Source: an uncultured bacterium
Lineage (GTDB): Bacteria > Verrucomicrobiota > Verrucomicrobiia > Limisphaerales > UBA8199
Direction of reading: 5' to 3'
Length of the DNA: 64,000 nucleotides
Assembly: GCA_963749495.1 (NCBI GenBank)
Contig: CAVVMW010000024.1
Span: 96,001-160,000 of the forward strand
A model generated the notes under the pieces. It searched no databases. It saw only the letters and a list, made by a program, of their open reading frames with translations, and had not been told where the DNA came from. A program made the position numbers and the translations under genes. Shown here piece by piece: positions 29,237 through 42,060 of the stretch (the stretch's first letter is position 1; every line of letters begins with the position of its first letter).

Positions 29237-30975
29237 GCCTCGCGCAAAGCCCGCAAAGGATGAAATCGAGGGCTCGCTGGCCGATTCACGCGCTGGCCTA
29301 CCTTTGGCTGAGGTTGTTGAAGCGCCGGCTGCTGCAATCGGCGCGCGGGTTGCGCCGGCCGACCACCCTGATCGGAGCCGTCGGCGTGACAAGCCTGGTG
29401 GGCTGCTTGTTTTACTACCGGCACGAGGAGATATTCGCCCAGGTGGTGCGGCCCGAGAGCCTCGCGGGCGGCGCCCTGGTGATGCTCTGCGGCTCGCTTT
29501 TCAAAGGGTTCCTCCAACGTGGATTGGCCTTCGCGCCGCCGGACATCGAGTTCATCTTCACGAGTCCGTTCACCCAGCGGCAGGTGGTGTGCTATCGCCT
29601 CATGCCCAGTTATTTATACGCGCTGGCGCAAGGGATTGTCTTTGCCGCTTTGTTCCAACCCCACCTGCACCGGCCCGTGCTTGCGGGGGCCTGCCTGGTC
29701 CTGTTCCAGCTCGTGTGTTTTCATGTCGCCACGGCGGCGGCGATTTGGGCCGGCACGCTGTCGGATGCGGTGCACCATCGCATCCGCTGCATGATGCTGG
29801 GCGCGTTTTTTGTCGAGGGGGCGTTATATCTGCGGGTTGCATGGGAGATCAAACTGGTGCCCGCCGCCGCGGCGGCGCCGCTGGCGCAGCTCCTGTTCTA
29901 TCCCGCGGTCAGCTTGTCCGACACGGCGAATGCGCCGGCCCTGCACCACTGGGCGGCCTCGATGGCCCGGGGTGGCGGCTTGGGCGGCGGGCGGTTCTGG
30001 GAGCCCGCGCTTTACCTCGCCGGCTTCGCCGCAGCGACCGTCCTGAGTTTGTGGTGGCTGCTGCGGCTCAAGGCCAACATTTTCGAGGCCTCCTTGGCGA
30101 CAACCGTCGCGGTGACCGAGCGGCGGCACCGGCTCCGACAAGGACGCGCGGTGGACGCCGGGCCCAGCCGCGCCCGCTCGGCTCGCCTGCCGCGGCTCGC
30201 GCTGTTTCAAGGCTCCGGGGCGATCGTGTGGAAGAACCTGCTGGCGGCCCGGCGCTCGAGACGGGAACTCCTGGTCGCCTTCGTGTTTACCGCTATCTAT
30301 ACGTGCATGCTGACGGCGTTGCTCTGGAAATTCAACCAGATCAGGACTGAAGCTCTCAAGGATCCTAGGCTTGGACCCGGGATCGCTGAGGATGTTGTGA
30401 GGGTGTCGAGGACCTTCTGTGCCGGCGTGATTTTGTTCCTCGGCGCCCTGGCTTTCTTCCTGCAACGGATGTTCCCGTTCGACTTCCGCCGCGACGCCCG
30501 GCACGCGGCGGGCTTTCGGACGTTGCCGGCGCACCCGTTCGCTTTGGTGCTGGCTGAGGTCTCGGTTCCGGCGGGACTGGTGCTCCTGTGCCAGGTGGTG
30601 GGACTGGTTCCGCTCTTTTTCTATGGCTGGTCGCAGTGGCCGCTCATACTGCTGCTGGCCTCGGGCTTTCCCGCCGTGGCCCTGGCGTTGAACTCGGTCT
30701 GGAACCTGCACCATCTGCTGGCGGCGAGCCGCTGCGCGGGCGGACCCCCGGAATCCGCCAGCGCGGTCGGGACGCTCATGGTCGTGGCCTTGTCGTTCCT
30801 GGTGTTCTTCCCAGCCGCATGGACGTTCGGCAAACTGGACCCGCACTTTCCAACAGGGGGACACGTCTTCCTTGCCGCCGGCATCGGTATCGGCATCCAA
30901 TACCTCGTGGACCTTGCGCTGCTCCTGGTGCTGGCGCGTCTGTTCCAACGGTTCGAGGCGGGACGGGAGGGGTGA
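29233..30975 (+). CDS. Putative ABC exporter membrane protein
   Basis: Many TM segments, overlaps the ATPase stop codon, DIEFIFTSP motif. Confidence 0.85.
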   Translation: MSLAQSPQRMKSRARWPIHALAYLWLRLLKRRLLQSARGLRRPTTLIGAVGVTSLVGCLFYYRHEEIFAQVVRPESLAGGALVMLCGSLFKGFLQRGLAFAPPDIEFIFTSPFTQRQVVCYRLMPSYLYALAQGIVFAALFQPHLHRPVLAGACLVLFQLVCFHVATAAAIWAGTLSDAVHHRIRCMMLGAFFVEGALYLRVAWEIKLVPAAAAAPLAQLLFYPAVSLSDTANAPALHHWAASMARGGGLGGGRFWEPALYLAGFAAATVLSLWWLLRLKANIFEASLATTVAVTERRHRLRQGRAVDAGPSRARSARLPRLALFQGSGAIVWKNLLAARRSRRELLVAFVFTAIYTCMLTALLWKFNQIRTEALKDPRLGPGIAEDVVRVSRTFCAGVILFLGALAFFLQRMFPFDFRRDARHAAGFRTLPAHPFALVLAEVSVPAGLVLLCQVVGLVPLFFYGWSQWPLILLLASGFPAVALALNSVWNLHHLLAASRCAGGPPESASAVGTLMVVALSFLVFFPAAWTFGKLDPHFPTGGHVFLAAGIGIGIQYLVDLALLLVLARLFQRFEAGREG

Positions 30976-31683
30976 TGAAAAGGACCATGAATCCCCCGGA
31001 GGCGAGCCCCGCTGCAACGATGTCGTTTTGCAGCAGGCTCGTGAATCTGTTCCCCTGCCCGGGCGAGGTCTTCGATGCGGTTGCCGGGGCGCCGACAAGG
31101 CTCTCAAATTGGCTGGTGCCGACACTCTTGGCTGCGCTGGCCGGCGTGTTTCTGGCCAATGTGGCCGGCTGCAACGGAGCAAGCTGCGGCCGCGGCCGCC
31201 CAACTCATAGAGGCCCAAACGGTGCCACCGGCCCCGGGGGCGGCGTTGGGCGCGCACTGGGAAGAGACTTCGGCAGCGATCGCGGCGCTCGGGGCCTTTG
31301 CCGGGACCTGCTGGTCGGCGTTCCTGCTGTGGTTCATCAGCCGCGCATTCCTGAAAGTGCGAATCGCTTATTTGAAGGCCATGGAGATAGCCGGCCTGAG
31401 CGGCATGGTGCTGGCGCTTGGGGCCGTGACAACCATGCTGCTCATTGCCGCAACCGGTGACGCAGCGGCGCGGCCGGCCCTATCATTGCTCGCGCCCCAT
31501 TTGCCGGCCGCCAGCCATCTGCGCGCTTTGTTGGAGTGGGCCAACGTGTTCTACGTGTGGGCGACGGTTCTGCTGGGAATCGGATTGACGAAGCTGACCG
31601 GCGTATCGTTCAAGGAATGCGCGTTTTGGGTTTTTGGCTATTGGATGGTGCTTCGGCTGGGAATCCTTGTGCTGGCGTGGTAA
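30975..31683 (+). CDS. Yip1-like membrane protein (frameshift near 31165)
   Basis: RLVNLF..PGEVF...NWLVP in the first frame. TM helices and NVFYVW...IGL in the second. Confidence 0.75.
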
Positions 31684-31829
31684 CTGTTCAGGTCGGGACG
31701 CGTGGGGCAGACCTCCGGTCTGCCGGTTGCAGGGGCCTCTGGCCCCGAGTCTCGCAACTGCAAGGGACACGGAGCCGGAGGCTCCGTGAACCGGCAGACC
31801 AGAGGTCTGCCCCACATGTGAACAGTTAC
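31680..31829. repeat. GTGG-type REP pair within GTAACTGTTCA TIRs
   Basis: GTAACTGTTCA...TGAACAGTTAC enclose GTGGGGCAGACCTCCGGTCTGCC...GGCAGACCAGAGGTCTGCCCCAC. Confidence 0.8.
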
Positions 31830-31844
31830 CAGACGTGAAGCGGT

Positions 31845-34759
31845 TCATTCCAGCCGGATCGAACGGATCTCGATCTTCACCCCCGAGGCAGTCGTTGGGT
31901 CGAAGCGCAACGAGGTGACGCAGCCGGCCCAGTGCTCGTTTTGGCCGACTGGGAAGGAGCAGGCGTGGAACCGGCCGTCCTCCTCCACCGGCGCCGTCAC
32001 GCTGGCGGACTCCGACGTGGCCGGCTCGGATGTCGTGGTCCAGAATAACTGGGCCGTTCCGGAACGGCTAAGTCTCATTTGGACAATCGCGCGCGTGTAG
32101 CTGGCGGCGCGAAGCCGCGTTTCCGGCAACACCCACGCCGGGTCGTCAGTGCTGGAAACAGCCTGCAAGGTGTCCCCTGAAAGGTTCGTCTCCGTCAGTC
32201 CCATCATCGGACGCCAGGCACCGAGGGCCGGCCCGACCAAGCGGCCAGGTCCGGCGGCAACTTCCTCTCCGCCTCGCGCGCCGCGCAGTACCAGGAATCA
32301 CAGGAGCGTCCGACATCGCCCGGCGCGATGTCCGTGTGCGCGCCCGGCGCGTCCGTGAACACGTCGCGGATGACGTCCAGGTAATCGAACCCGTAACCGC
32401 GCGTCGGCTCGATATAGTGGCCCTCGCCAAACTCGTTCCAGCAGCAGAAAATGAGCGTGTTCCTCGCCGGCCCCATCGCGGACCGTGAGCCCGCATCGAT
32501 GAGGGCCTTGGCGCGGCGGCACAAGTCCCTGAACCGCTCGGGCGTGTTGTCCGACCAGAAAAAGGGCGTCTCCTTCCACGGGCGCGAGTCCCAGCCCATC
32601 ATGGCCGTCGGAATGTCCGGCAGCAGCCCATAACCTCGCTTGGCCTTCCAGATCTGCTCTTGTTGCTCGATGAAACCTTGATACGGGGCGCAGACGAAAT
32701 CGCCCGCGGTTTGAACCTCGGCCGGTTGGCGCCACCCGAATCCGTAGGCCGAACTGGCGTCCCAGCCTTCCTGGGCCATGCTCTGGAGCGTCTGCCGGTC
32801 TGCGGTGCCCACGCAGCCGACGATGTAAAGGCCGCCCAGACCCCGCTCCCTGCACATGGCCCGCATGGCCTCGAAGGCGCGGCGCACCTCACCGCTCGAG
32901 CCGAGTTGGCGGGCCACGTTCTGCGGGACCCAGATGTAGAGCAACGGCTTGCCGTCCACCCGCAGATACGACGGGTTGGAAAAGTAGTTTTCGATCCAGA
33001 ACGGGAGCAGGTTCTCCAGCAGGTCCCGCGTGGAGCCGACGCCCTGGCCGCAGCCGTTCTCCCACATGATGGCGAACTTGATGCGGGGCAGAAACCGTGC
33101 TTTGAGCAGCCCGTCATGAATGGCGTGGCCGAGGGTCTGCGTCACCGGGGCATCGAGATTGGAGCGGTACCAGCAGTAAATGACGCCCGTGATGCCGTGC
33201 TCGAGCCAGTACTTGATGTGCCAATCGGCCACCTCGGGGTCACCCTCGTTGTACCAGCCCAGCACCGGCTCGCGTTCGGGCCACGGCTCGATGGCGCCCC
33301 AGCCGGTGTGAGTCCCTGTCTTCCAGAGCGGGCAATAGTGCGTCCAGAGGGTGTAGCGCCCCGCCGGCACGGCGACGGGCTCGGGAACGTAATCGGCTTT
33401 GGGAAAGTCCAGTCGTTGATTGAAGCGGATGGGCTGGTTGTTGGTTACGCCCGGCCCGCCGCCTGCCGCGAGCGCCACTTGGAATGAACCGGTCAGGGCC
33501 TTCGAGGCCCGCAAGCTCCAGGCGATGTCCTTGGTTTGCTGGAAGCCCAGTGTTCCGAGAGGCTGGACTTTCCCGCTCTCCAGCGACACGTCTGCCGGCA
33601 CGGTCAGTGTGGCCTGGACGTTGGAGGCCGCGCCGCCGGCGTTTCGGATGCGGACCACGACGGTCTCCGGGCGGCCTGCCCGGGGCAGCGTCGAACCGGG
33701 GAAGATGTCCAGGATGCTCAGTTCCGGCTCGGCCTGGACATGGTCCGTGAGGCGGACACACTGGATGGTCGCCGTCGAGGCGGGGGCTTCTGAGGGCGCA
33801 ACGCCCAGGGCCAGCAGGCGGCCGCTCCAACCGGGCCACATCCAAGGCTCCAGCACGTATGTGTGCGGCTTGCCATCCGCAACGGTGCCAAACCGAATCC
33901 GGCCGCCGCCGGACGTTGTCACGAAGATGACCTCCCCGCGGGTTCCGCGGTCCACGCTCATGCGAAGGCCCAGGAAATCCTTTTTCCCAACCGCGGTGTC
34001 CAGCCCCTGCCGCAAAACAACCCCCCGCGGCGACTGGTTGGTCACTCGCAGGCCCTCAGGGCCGGGGCTCGCGGAGGCCTCCCCTCCGGCCCGCCAGCCT
34101 TGAAGGCCCTTCGAGAAATCGAACTCGCTCAGCGCGTCGCCGGCCCCCTGGGCCTGGGGGCCAATCCCGTAAGCATGGCTGAGGATGTCGGCTGGCGGCA
34201 GCAGCTTCCGATAAATCCGGACATACTCGATCTCGCCCGCGAAGGCCGCGCCCAGCGCCACACTCGAGCCAATGCACACCGGGTTGTCCGTGGCCGGGGG
34301 CGCCGCCGCCTCCCGCGCAACGCTGAACGGCTCGCCATCTACCCACAAACAGGACTTATGACCGTCCCACTCGGCTACGATATGATGCCATTGGTTGGTT
34401 GCCGGGAGATACGCGCTGACCCGAGGCTCCCATTGCTCGTCGCCGTAAATGTAGAAGGAAATCCGGCTCCCTTCCGACGGCCAGTCGATGCGCAAGGCAT
34501 ACTCCTTGTCCTTGAACACGATGTTGCGGCCGTTTGAAAGGTCGCTGGGACGAATGCGGACCTCGATGCTGAAACCCGTCGTCAGATTCAGGCCGGGAGT
34601 CGAGGCCACCCTCATTGACGGCCCCAAGCCCGGATGCCAGGACCCAGCCAGGCCATCATCGCCGGCCGGGGGCTGCGGCGCCGCTGACAATGTCCACAAC
34701 GCGAAGAGGCCTAGGGCAATTCGCAATCTCGTGTTTCCAACCGCCGCATTCGGGTTCAT
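31845..34759 (-). CDS. Secreted LamG + WbsX/GH99-like glycoside hydrolase (frameshift near 32235)
   Basis: LamG WHHIVAEWDG...FAGEI. PVLGWYNE, YLRVDGKP, GWDSRPW, WNEFGEGHYIEP. Confidence 0.85.
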
Positions 34760-34924
34760 GGGGTTACAGATAGGGCCGTGTTGCGCTCAACGGGGCAACC
34801 CTATCCCCTTCAACGCCCACCAGCAAGCCATCGCTCGATTTACAGGTGCAATGAGGCGCATGTGGCCGGTGCCACCACGGGCACAGGAATTGGAGACGCA
34901 ACCCAAGGCTGCGCGCATGCGCTG

Positions 34925-35149
34925 CAACCCGGAGGGTTGCTAGAGGGTAGCCGGGGGTCGCGAGGCCGTCGCGACCCCCGGTTGACGATCTGAAGGGTCC
35001 TGCACCCCGGAATGGGGTGCCAGAAGACCGCCCGGCGTGCGGTGCGCCCATTTCTGGCATCCCTCCGGGATGCAGGCGCCCCCCTGCGCCGAACCGGGGG
35101 TCTCGCTTCGCTTCGACCCCCGGCTACCATCTTCCATCCCTCCGGGATG
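34925..35149. repeat. REPIN family B
   Basis: Reverse-orientation homolog of 5045-5269. Confidence 0.9.
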
Positions 35150-35219
35150 AAACTGGTGGCCCGGAGCCATGTCAGGAATTCCTATCCGTGGGGTGGTACA
35201 TCTCCACATGCGCCCCTAA

Positions 35220-36737
35220 CTATTTCCCACGGCGCCTCAAGTGCTCCTGCAACTCGGACGCACGGAGGCCATTGCACTGGCAGGAGGCAAAGGCGCACAT
35301 ATGCCAGCCATCACCGATGAGAGTGTCGTCATAAAACACGACGAACCGGGTCCGGTCGTTCGCTTTGGACGGGCACTTCTCGCCTGCGGCGACATAGATG
35401 TATGGCCCGCCGCTTAGCAGCGATTTGGCTTCCAGCGGGGGTTTGAGGTGGCCGCTCTCGAAGAGGACAGCCAGGCTCTCCGGGTAAACCTGGTCGTGCG
35501 CCTGCGCATAGCTTTGGATGGCCCAGGCGATCTCCAGCATCCTCCCGCCGTTTTTCCGCGAAGGGGCGTTTTCCCCCGCCTTCCAGAGCGCGGCCATCGC
35601 CTCTTCATTGGCCGCCGCCGCCTGGAAGAGGTCGGGCCGTTTGTGCATGAGGCCCTGCACCGGCGTCCACGAGAACAACGCGCCGCCCTCACGCGGCGCC
35701 TGGGGGAGGCCCTTGAGGTAAGGACCAAGAACACCGTCCGGATCGGATAGAGCGACATCGAGAAGCCTCCTGGCGGATTGGGCGGCAGCCTGTTTGGCTG
35801 CTTCCAAAGCTGCCCGCTCGCTCTCAGGCGCGTTTGGGTTGGTTTCCCCCACGACGCACGCGTCCATCAATGCCGGTTGCGTTGCGGCAAATGCCCCCCA
35901 GATCCGGTTCGGAAGGAACTGCGCCAGTTGCAACGGGCCGTGCTGCCACCACTCTTTAATGCCCGGCCAATTGAACATCTGGCTGGCCATCCCGTACACA
36001 GCGGCGGCGTAGCCGTTCTTCTTCGGAAGCCAGTCAGCGGCCAGTTCGGCTTTTAACCCCAATCCCTCCTGGACTGCGAATTGCGCGTACCACCGATTGG
36101 TGAAATTGGTGACAAAAAGGTGGCCGGCCAGCGTCAGGAGCATCTCGGCTGCTTCGGAGCGCGTGGCGGGCTCCGCGGCCCTGCCTATTTCGGAGAGCGC
36201 CCCGTAGGTCGGCTGCATGCCCGCACCGCTGAAATCCGCCCAACGCGAGGTCTTCCAACTCAGCGCGCAGAGCCGGTCAAGGCCATGGAGGTGCAACGCA
36301 TCGAGGGCTTTGAAGAGCGCCTCGCCGAGGATGGAATCATAGAAACGCATCTCGGGACACGCCGCCGCCTTTCGATACGCATCGAGGGCCTCGTCCCTGC
36401 GGCTTGAGACGTGCAGCAGCGCTCCTTGCAGATAATGGCCCAGGGCGTTATCGGGGTCGGCCCGGACGAGTCCGCCGACGGTTTCCGCATCAATGCTATC
36501 CAAGGCGACCGCGAGCACTGCGGCGATGGGGGCGTATTCGCTCCTGGCCCTCACCGCCATTTCGCTTAACTCCTTGCGCACGGGGTCACCCGCCCGCGCC
36601 AGAAAAGCCAGACCGAGCAAGACCGGCGGGTCGGTCGCAGCCGCTGCAGCGGCCCCGAGGCTCTCGGCCGAAACCGCCTTGTCCACCGGCTCCCGGTACG
36701 AAGGCAGGTCCGGGATTTTTGTCGGCAAGCGTGTCAT
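35220..36737 (-). CDS. Hypothetical helical protein with a TPR-like segment
   Basis: Long ORF containing DPDNALGHYLQG...DEALDAYRKA. The ORF-track extension to 36881 is repeat-derived. Confidence 0.75.
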   Translation of the reverse strand: MTRLPTKIPDLPSYREPVDKAVSAESLGAAAAAATDPPVLLGLAFLARAGDPVRKELSEMAVRARSEYAPIAAVLAVALDSIDAETVGGLVRADPDNALGHYLQGALLHVSSRRDEALDAYRKAAACPEMRFYDSILGEALFKALDALHLHGLDRLCALSWKTSRWADFSGAGMQPTYGALSEIGRAAEPATRSEAAEMLLTLAGHLFVTNFTNRWYAQFAVQEGLGLKAELAADWLPKKNGYAAAVYGMASQMFNWPGIKEWWQHGPLQLAQFLPNRIWGAFAATQPALMDACVVGETNPNAPESERAALEAAKQAAAQSARRLLDVALSDPDGVLGPYLKGLPQAPREGGALFSWTPVQGLMHKRPDLFQAAAANEEAMAALWKAGENAPSRKNGGRMLEIAWAIQSYAQAHDQVYPESLAVLFESGHLKPPLEAKSLLSGGPYIYVAAGEKCPSKANDRTRFVVFYDDTLIGDGWHMCAFASCQCNGLRASELQEHLRRRGK

Positions 36738-36805
36738 CTCATGGTCTCTACACAAATCCCCGGTCGTCAGCAAACACCTCTTACCCCACCTCATTTGACA
36801 CTGGA

Positions 36806-36957
36806 GGGCCGTTGACAAAGTTGTAGCGCAGGTTTCCAAACCTGCTGTATCGCCGATTTCCAATCGGCAGGGCGTCGGCATGTCGAGCGCCCCCGGCTTG
36901 CGGACGGCCTGCGGGTTTGGAAACCCGCGATACAGCAGGTTTGGAAACCTGCGCTAC
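36806..36957 (+). repeat. Family A REPIN with left TIR only (empty LSR target site)
   Basis: Near-identical to 78-216 and continues GGAAACCTGCGCTAC. Confidence 0.95.
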
Positions 36958-37110
36958 ACTGGCCGGAAGGCGTTGTTCCACAGCCAACCGGAACGCCCTC
37001 CCGCCCGGCGGGACGGCAGGATTGGCGCTCGAAGAAATCGGCCGTGCGGCCTCCCCAGGAACCCAACGTCCGGCTTGCCTTTTTGTCCTCCAGGCACTTA
37101 ATTAGCAGCC

Positions 37111-38330
<1,220 letters not shown>

Positions 38331-38331
<1 letters not shown>

Positions 38332-38472
38332 GGCCTGTCCCAAACGCCCCGCGAGTGGGGGACCTTTGTCGCAGCCTTTGTCGAAACCTTTGTCGGATTT
38401 GGCCAATTCTCGACAAAGGTCCCGACAAAGGCTGCGACAAAGGTACGGAATCAGAGCTTCTGGGGCAGCCTC
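38331..38472. repeat. MITE-like family F (CGACAAAGG 12-mer core), TA-flanked
   Basis: TA|GGGCCTGTCCC...GGGGCAGCCTC|TA. Inverted arrays of CTTTGTCG and CGACAAAGG. Confidence 0.85.
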
Positions 38473-38549
38473 TAAGCAGGCCAGCCCGTCAGGCCAGCAC
38501 CATGCGCAGGGTGCGACTAAAGCTGCCGCTCAGCCCGCGGCGCCTTTTT

Positions 38550-38737
38550 GCCCCGAAGGGGCTTCCGACAATAGCCAGGCGTTTCAACGCCGGGTGAACG
38601 GACCCAGGGAGCAGGTCCGTCCCGAAGGGACGGCTGAAAACATGGAGTGTTCTCAGTCGTCCCTTCGGGACGAGCGTCCCTCCTGGCACTTTGCCGGCGT
38701 TGAAACGCCGGGCTATTGTCAGCTCTCCCTCCGGGAC
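38550..38737. repeat. REPIN family C
   Basis: ATAGCCAGGCGTTTCAACGCCGG ... CCGGCGTTGAAACGCCGGGCTAT with GTCCCGAAGGGAC palindromes. Confidence 0.85.
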
Positions 38738-38910
38738 AAAACCCCCAAGGCCCATGCCCGACGCGTTTAATCGCACCCCCATGCGCATCGGGATGAGCCG
38801 CCGCTTGAAAGGGTCGAGCACCAGGCCGAGACTCTCCAGAGTGACTCAGATGTTACCCAACCCTGCCCGTGCCGCCAAGCCTGCTTTGGAGCGGAACCGG
38901 GCGCCCTAAG

Positions 38911-39130
38911 TGGTCATGAACATAAATACGATGACGTATCCTGGATGCGCGGCAGGGCCGCGGCCATTGTAGCGCAGACCTCCGAGTCTGCTGTCTCGCA
39001 GGTTTCCAAACCTGCGGGCCAACCAAGGTGCGGACGCGCGTGCCTTCACGGACGCGCAGCCGACTTGGAAGTCGGCGATACAGCAGACTCGGAGGTCTGC
39101 GCTACGTCACCGTATTTGCGTCCGGTGGTC
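38911..39130. repeat. Family A variant within AAATACGRTGACGTA inverted repeats, flanked by CTAAG direct repeats
   Basis: CTAAG at 38906-38910 and 39131-39135. IRs at 38924-38938 and 39103-39117. Confidence 0.8.
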
Positions 39131-39388
39131 CTAAGCGTGCGCGAGTTTGCCCGGCGGGCCGGCATGCACCCCTCGAATCACTGCAGCATGGAGGCCAACG
39201 TGCTGCCACCGCCGCCAGACGAAACCCTGGAGAAGCTGCGCTGTGCGCTGGGCTTGCGGACAGGCACGGCCGGCTACGAGACGTTCTACGACCTGGCGGC
39301 CAAGGGCCGGGATGAAATTCCCGCGGACGTCGAAAAGATTGTGAAGGAGAGCGTGCTCATCCCGGCGATGCTGCGCACGGTCGAATAA
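39131..39388 (+). pseudogene. XRE-family HTH regulator remnant lacking its N-terminus
   Basis: LSVREFARRAGMHPSN...E....PP...LEKL..AL begins at the repeat boundary. Confidence 0.65.
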
Positions 39389-39439
39389 CTGGCTTGACAT
39401 TCCTAAATGAATGTGTGTCTCATTATCTGCGGCATATCT

Positions 39440-39838
39440 ATGAAGGCGCCTTTTGCTCCTTGCGGAATGCGTCCGGGGGCGTGTTCAAGAGAGAACACAA
39501 CGGACGGGTTCACCCTCATCGAGCTTCTTGTGGTCATCGCCATCATTGCGATTCTCGCTGCGCTGCTGCTCCCGGCACTCGCAAGTGCAAAGGCATACGC
39601 GCGTTCTGCAAGGTGCAAGAGCAACTTGCACCAAATGGGCGTGGCGCTCCAAATGTACGTTGGGGATTACAAGAGGTATCCCTATTCCTTGCAGCAACCT
39701 TTGCAGACGACCCAACTGGCCCCAATGCTCTTCTGGATGCAGGCACTGGAGCCTTACTACCCTCTGCGATTCGCACGTTGGATCAATGCCTCCCACAACA
39801 TTCTACAATCCCACGAACACGGCGAAGATGTGGAATAA
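39440..39838 (+). CDS. Prepilin-type N-terminal methylation protein, probably truncated
   Basis: [25 protein letters not shown]...CKSNLHQMG. Lacks the usual CP and DGH C-terminal motifs. Confidence 0.7.
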   Translation: MKAPFAPCGMRPGACSRENTTDGFTLIELLVVIAIIAILAALLLPALASAKAYARSARCKSNLHQMGVALQMYVGDYKRYPYSLQQPLQTTQLAPMLFWMQALEPYYPLRFARWINASHNILQSHEHGEDVE

Positions 39839-39974
39839 CGACCATCAGCCACATCCTGAAGCGTGGGTCCAGTAGCAACCGCAGGCGAAGGCGGTCGTGG
39901 TCGGTTCAGCCTGACCTGGGGAACATTGATTGCGTGGATTGATCTTGAGGGTTGGATCTCAGAAGCCTGGATGT

Positions 39975-40384
39975 TCAGGACCGCCCTGGCATTAGAGTCA
40001 GCCGCAGCCCCCAGTCCGCATCAACCGGGAAATCCGGCAGCGCGATGATTCCGGTCGCGCTGGCTCGCAGCGTCCCTCCGCCAACGTCTTGCCAGGAGCC
40101 GGTGCGGGGATCGAACCATTGCGCGCAGTAGAGGCTTTCGAGCCCGGCCCCGCGGACCTGGGTGCGCGGGCAGCCCTTCTCCAAGTAGAGCAGGAATATG
40201 TCCTTGTCCAGCGTCCGGGCGCAGTAGGCCCAGCCTTCATCGGACTGCAGGACGGGCGTCTTGTTGGGAGAGACCAGGTCCGCATTGGGGACCAGCTCCT
40301 GGCACCGCTTCCCGATCGAAAAGGCGAAGGTCCGCAAATGCTGCTTTTGCCTCGCGGAACTCCAGTGGAAGGCGTCCCACATCC
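39975..40384 (-). pseudogene. C-terminal fragment of a DUF4038/apiosidase-like protein
   Basis: AQWFDPRTGSW...DWGLRL C-terminal domain. The 5' part is replaced by repeat D. Confidence 0.6.
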
Positions 40385-40408
40385 TGATCGGCGCCTCCGA
40401 CTTTCTTC

Positions 40409-40792
40409 GGGCTGAAAGCCCGACATGTGAAAGCCTGGGCTGAAGCGAGCTTGCGAGCGGAGGCCCAGGTCCATGGGCCGGGAACCCCCTGCGCCGTGTG
40501 AGGGCGCCACAAGGCCCGAATTTCCGGGCGACGTGTCCCGGCCTTACAGGCCCGGAGCATTCTCAGCACTCGCTTAGGCGGTGGAAATAAATAAAGGTAG
40601 CAACCTGCCTTGTTCTTTTGCCGCCCAGCTTCGTTGTTCACTCGTTGCAGATCACTGGATATGCGCCTCGTTCACGCCTCACTGGGCGCCAAAATCCCGG
40701 CGGCATCTTGCCACCTTTATTTATTTCCGCCGACTTACCCGGGCCTCCGCTCCGCTCCAGCCCGGGCTTTCACATCACGGGCCTTCGGCCCT
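40409..40792. repeat. REPIN family D interrupted by a MITE
   Basis: GGGCTGAAAGCCC...GGGCCTTCGGCCCT ends. Homolog at 61533-61913. Confidence 0.8.
40577..40734. mobile_element. 158-bp MITE with TTA target-site duplication
   Basis: TTA|GGCGGTGGAAATAAATAAAGGTAGCAA ... TTGCCACCTTTATTTATTTCCGCCGAC|TTA. Confidence 0.85.
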
Positions 40793-40923
40793 GGCCCATC
40801 CCGACACCGCCCGGGCCACAGCCCCAGCTTTTTCAGGGCCGCCTGGGTCCTGGCGCCCTCGCAGCCCCGCTGTTTTCCCCAACTTCTTCAGATCATCCAT
40901 TCATCCACTCATCCATTCATCCG

Positions 40924-41979
40924 CTACCCCTGTCCCGCCAACTCCCGCAGTTTGCGCAATGCCTGGCCGCTGTCGATCACTTGGGCGGCCTCGTCCCATC
41001 CCGCGATGAGGCTCTTGGCGCGGCCGCCAACAAACAGGGCGGCGCCGGCGTTGAGCAGCGCCACGTCTCGTTTGGGGCCGCGCTCCTGGCCGGCGAGCAC
41101 GCGACGGATGATGGTTGCATTGGTCTGGACGTCGCCTCCGCGCAGGTCGGCCAACGTGGCCGGTTGGAGCGGGAAGAGATCGGGCTGCAGCGACGAGCAG
41201 GCCAGGCCGCGCTCCTGGTAGAACTCGGCAACGGTCGTTGGGCCAAGGGTCGAGAACTCGTCCAGGTGCCGGGTCGCCCCGGCCTGGTCGGGCGCCGCCC
41301 CGCAAGCGACCATGGCGCGGCGCACGCCCAAGGACTGGAGCACGCGGGCGAATGGCTCGCAGAGGTCCGGGCGCGGCACTCCCACCAGGGCGGCGGTGGG
41401 CCGCGCAGGATTGAGCAGCGGGCCCAGGAAGTTGAAGATGGTGCTCTGGCCGCGTTGCGCGCAGAGCTTGCGGGCGGGGACAATGTGGCGGAAGGCGGGA
41501 TGGTATTGGGGGGCAAAGAAAAAGGCGAACCCGTGCTCGCGCAACGAGCGGGCCGCCTCCTCAGGCCCCAGGTCGTGGCGGATGCCCAGCGCCTCGACCA
41601 CGTCCGCGCTGCCGATCGTCGAGGTGCTGGCGCGGTTGCCGTGCTTGGCGACGAGCACCCCCGCCGCCGCCGCGATGAGCGCCGCCGTGGTCGAGATGTT
41701 GAAGGTGCTCAGCCGGTCGCCCCCGGTCCCGACCACGTCCAGCACCTCGCCCGCGTCGGCCGGCAGATCCAGCGTCGGCTCGATGCACCGGGCGCGCAAC
41801 GCCCGCGCAAAGGCGGCAATCTCCTCCGTCGTCTCCCCTTTGCGTGCCAGGTGCGCCAAAAAATCCGCCTTCAACTCCACGGAAATCCCCTCATCCACAA
41901 GCGATTCCACCGCCAGGATCACTTGCTCCTCGGCCAGGTGCCGCGAGGCGGCAAGCTGCTTTATCAGTTCATCGAGCAC
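40924..41979 (-). CDS. trpD: Anthranilate phosphoribosyltransferase
   Basis: DVVGTGGD, FNIST, KHGNRAST, YHPAF, TIFNFLGPLLNP, LDE. Confidence 0.97.
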   Translation of the reverse strand: MLDELIKQLAASRHLAEEQVILAVESLVDEGISVELKADFLAHLARKGETTEEIAAFARALRARCIEPTLDLPADAGEVLDVVGTGGDRLSTFNISTTAALIAAAAGVLVAKHGNRASTSTIGSADVVEALGIRHDLGPEEAARSLREHGFAFFFAPQYHPAFRHIVPARKLCAQRGQSTIFNFLGPLLNPARPTAALVGVPRPDLCEPFARVLQSLGVRRAMVACGAAPDQAGATRHLDEFSTLGPTTVAEFYQERGLACSSLQPDLFPLQPATLADLRGGDVQTNATIIRRVLAGQERGPKRDVALLNAGAALFVGGRAKSLIAGWDEAAQVIDSGQALRKLRELAGQG

Positions 41980-42060
41980 GCGCCGAATATAACGATCCGC
42001 CTGCTCCGCCCAAAGCCAATTCCGGAGGCTCCCGGCATGGCCTTTGACGGATGTACCGCT

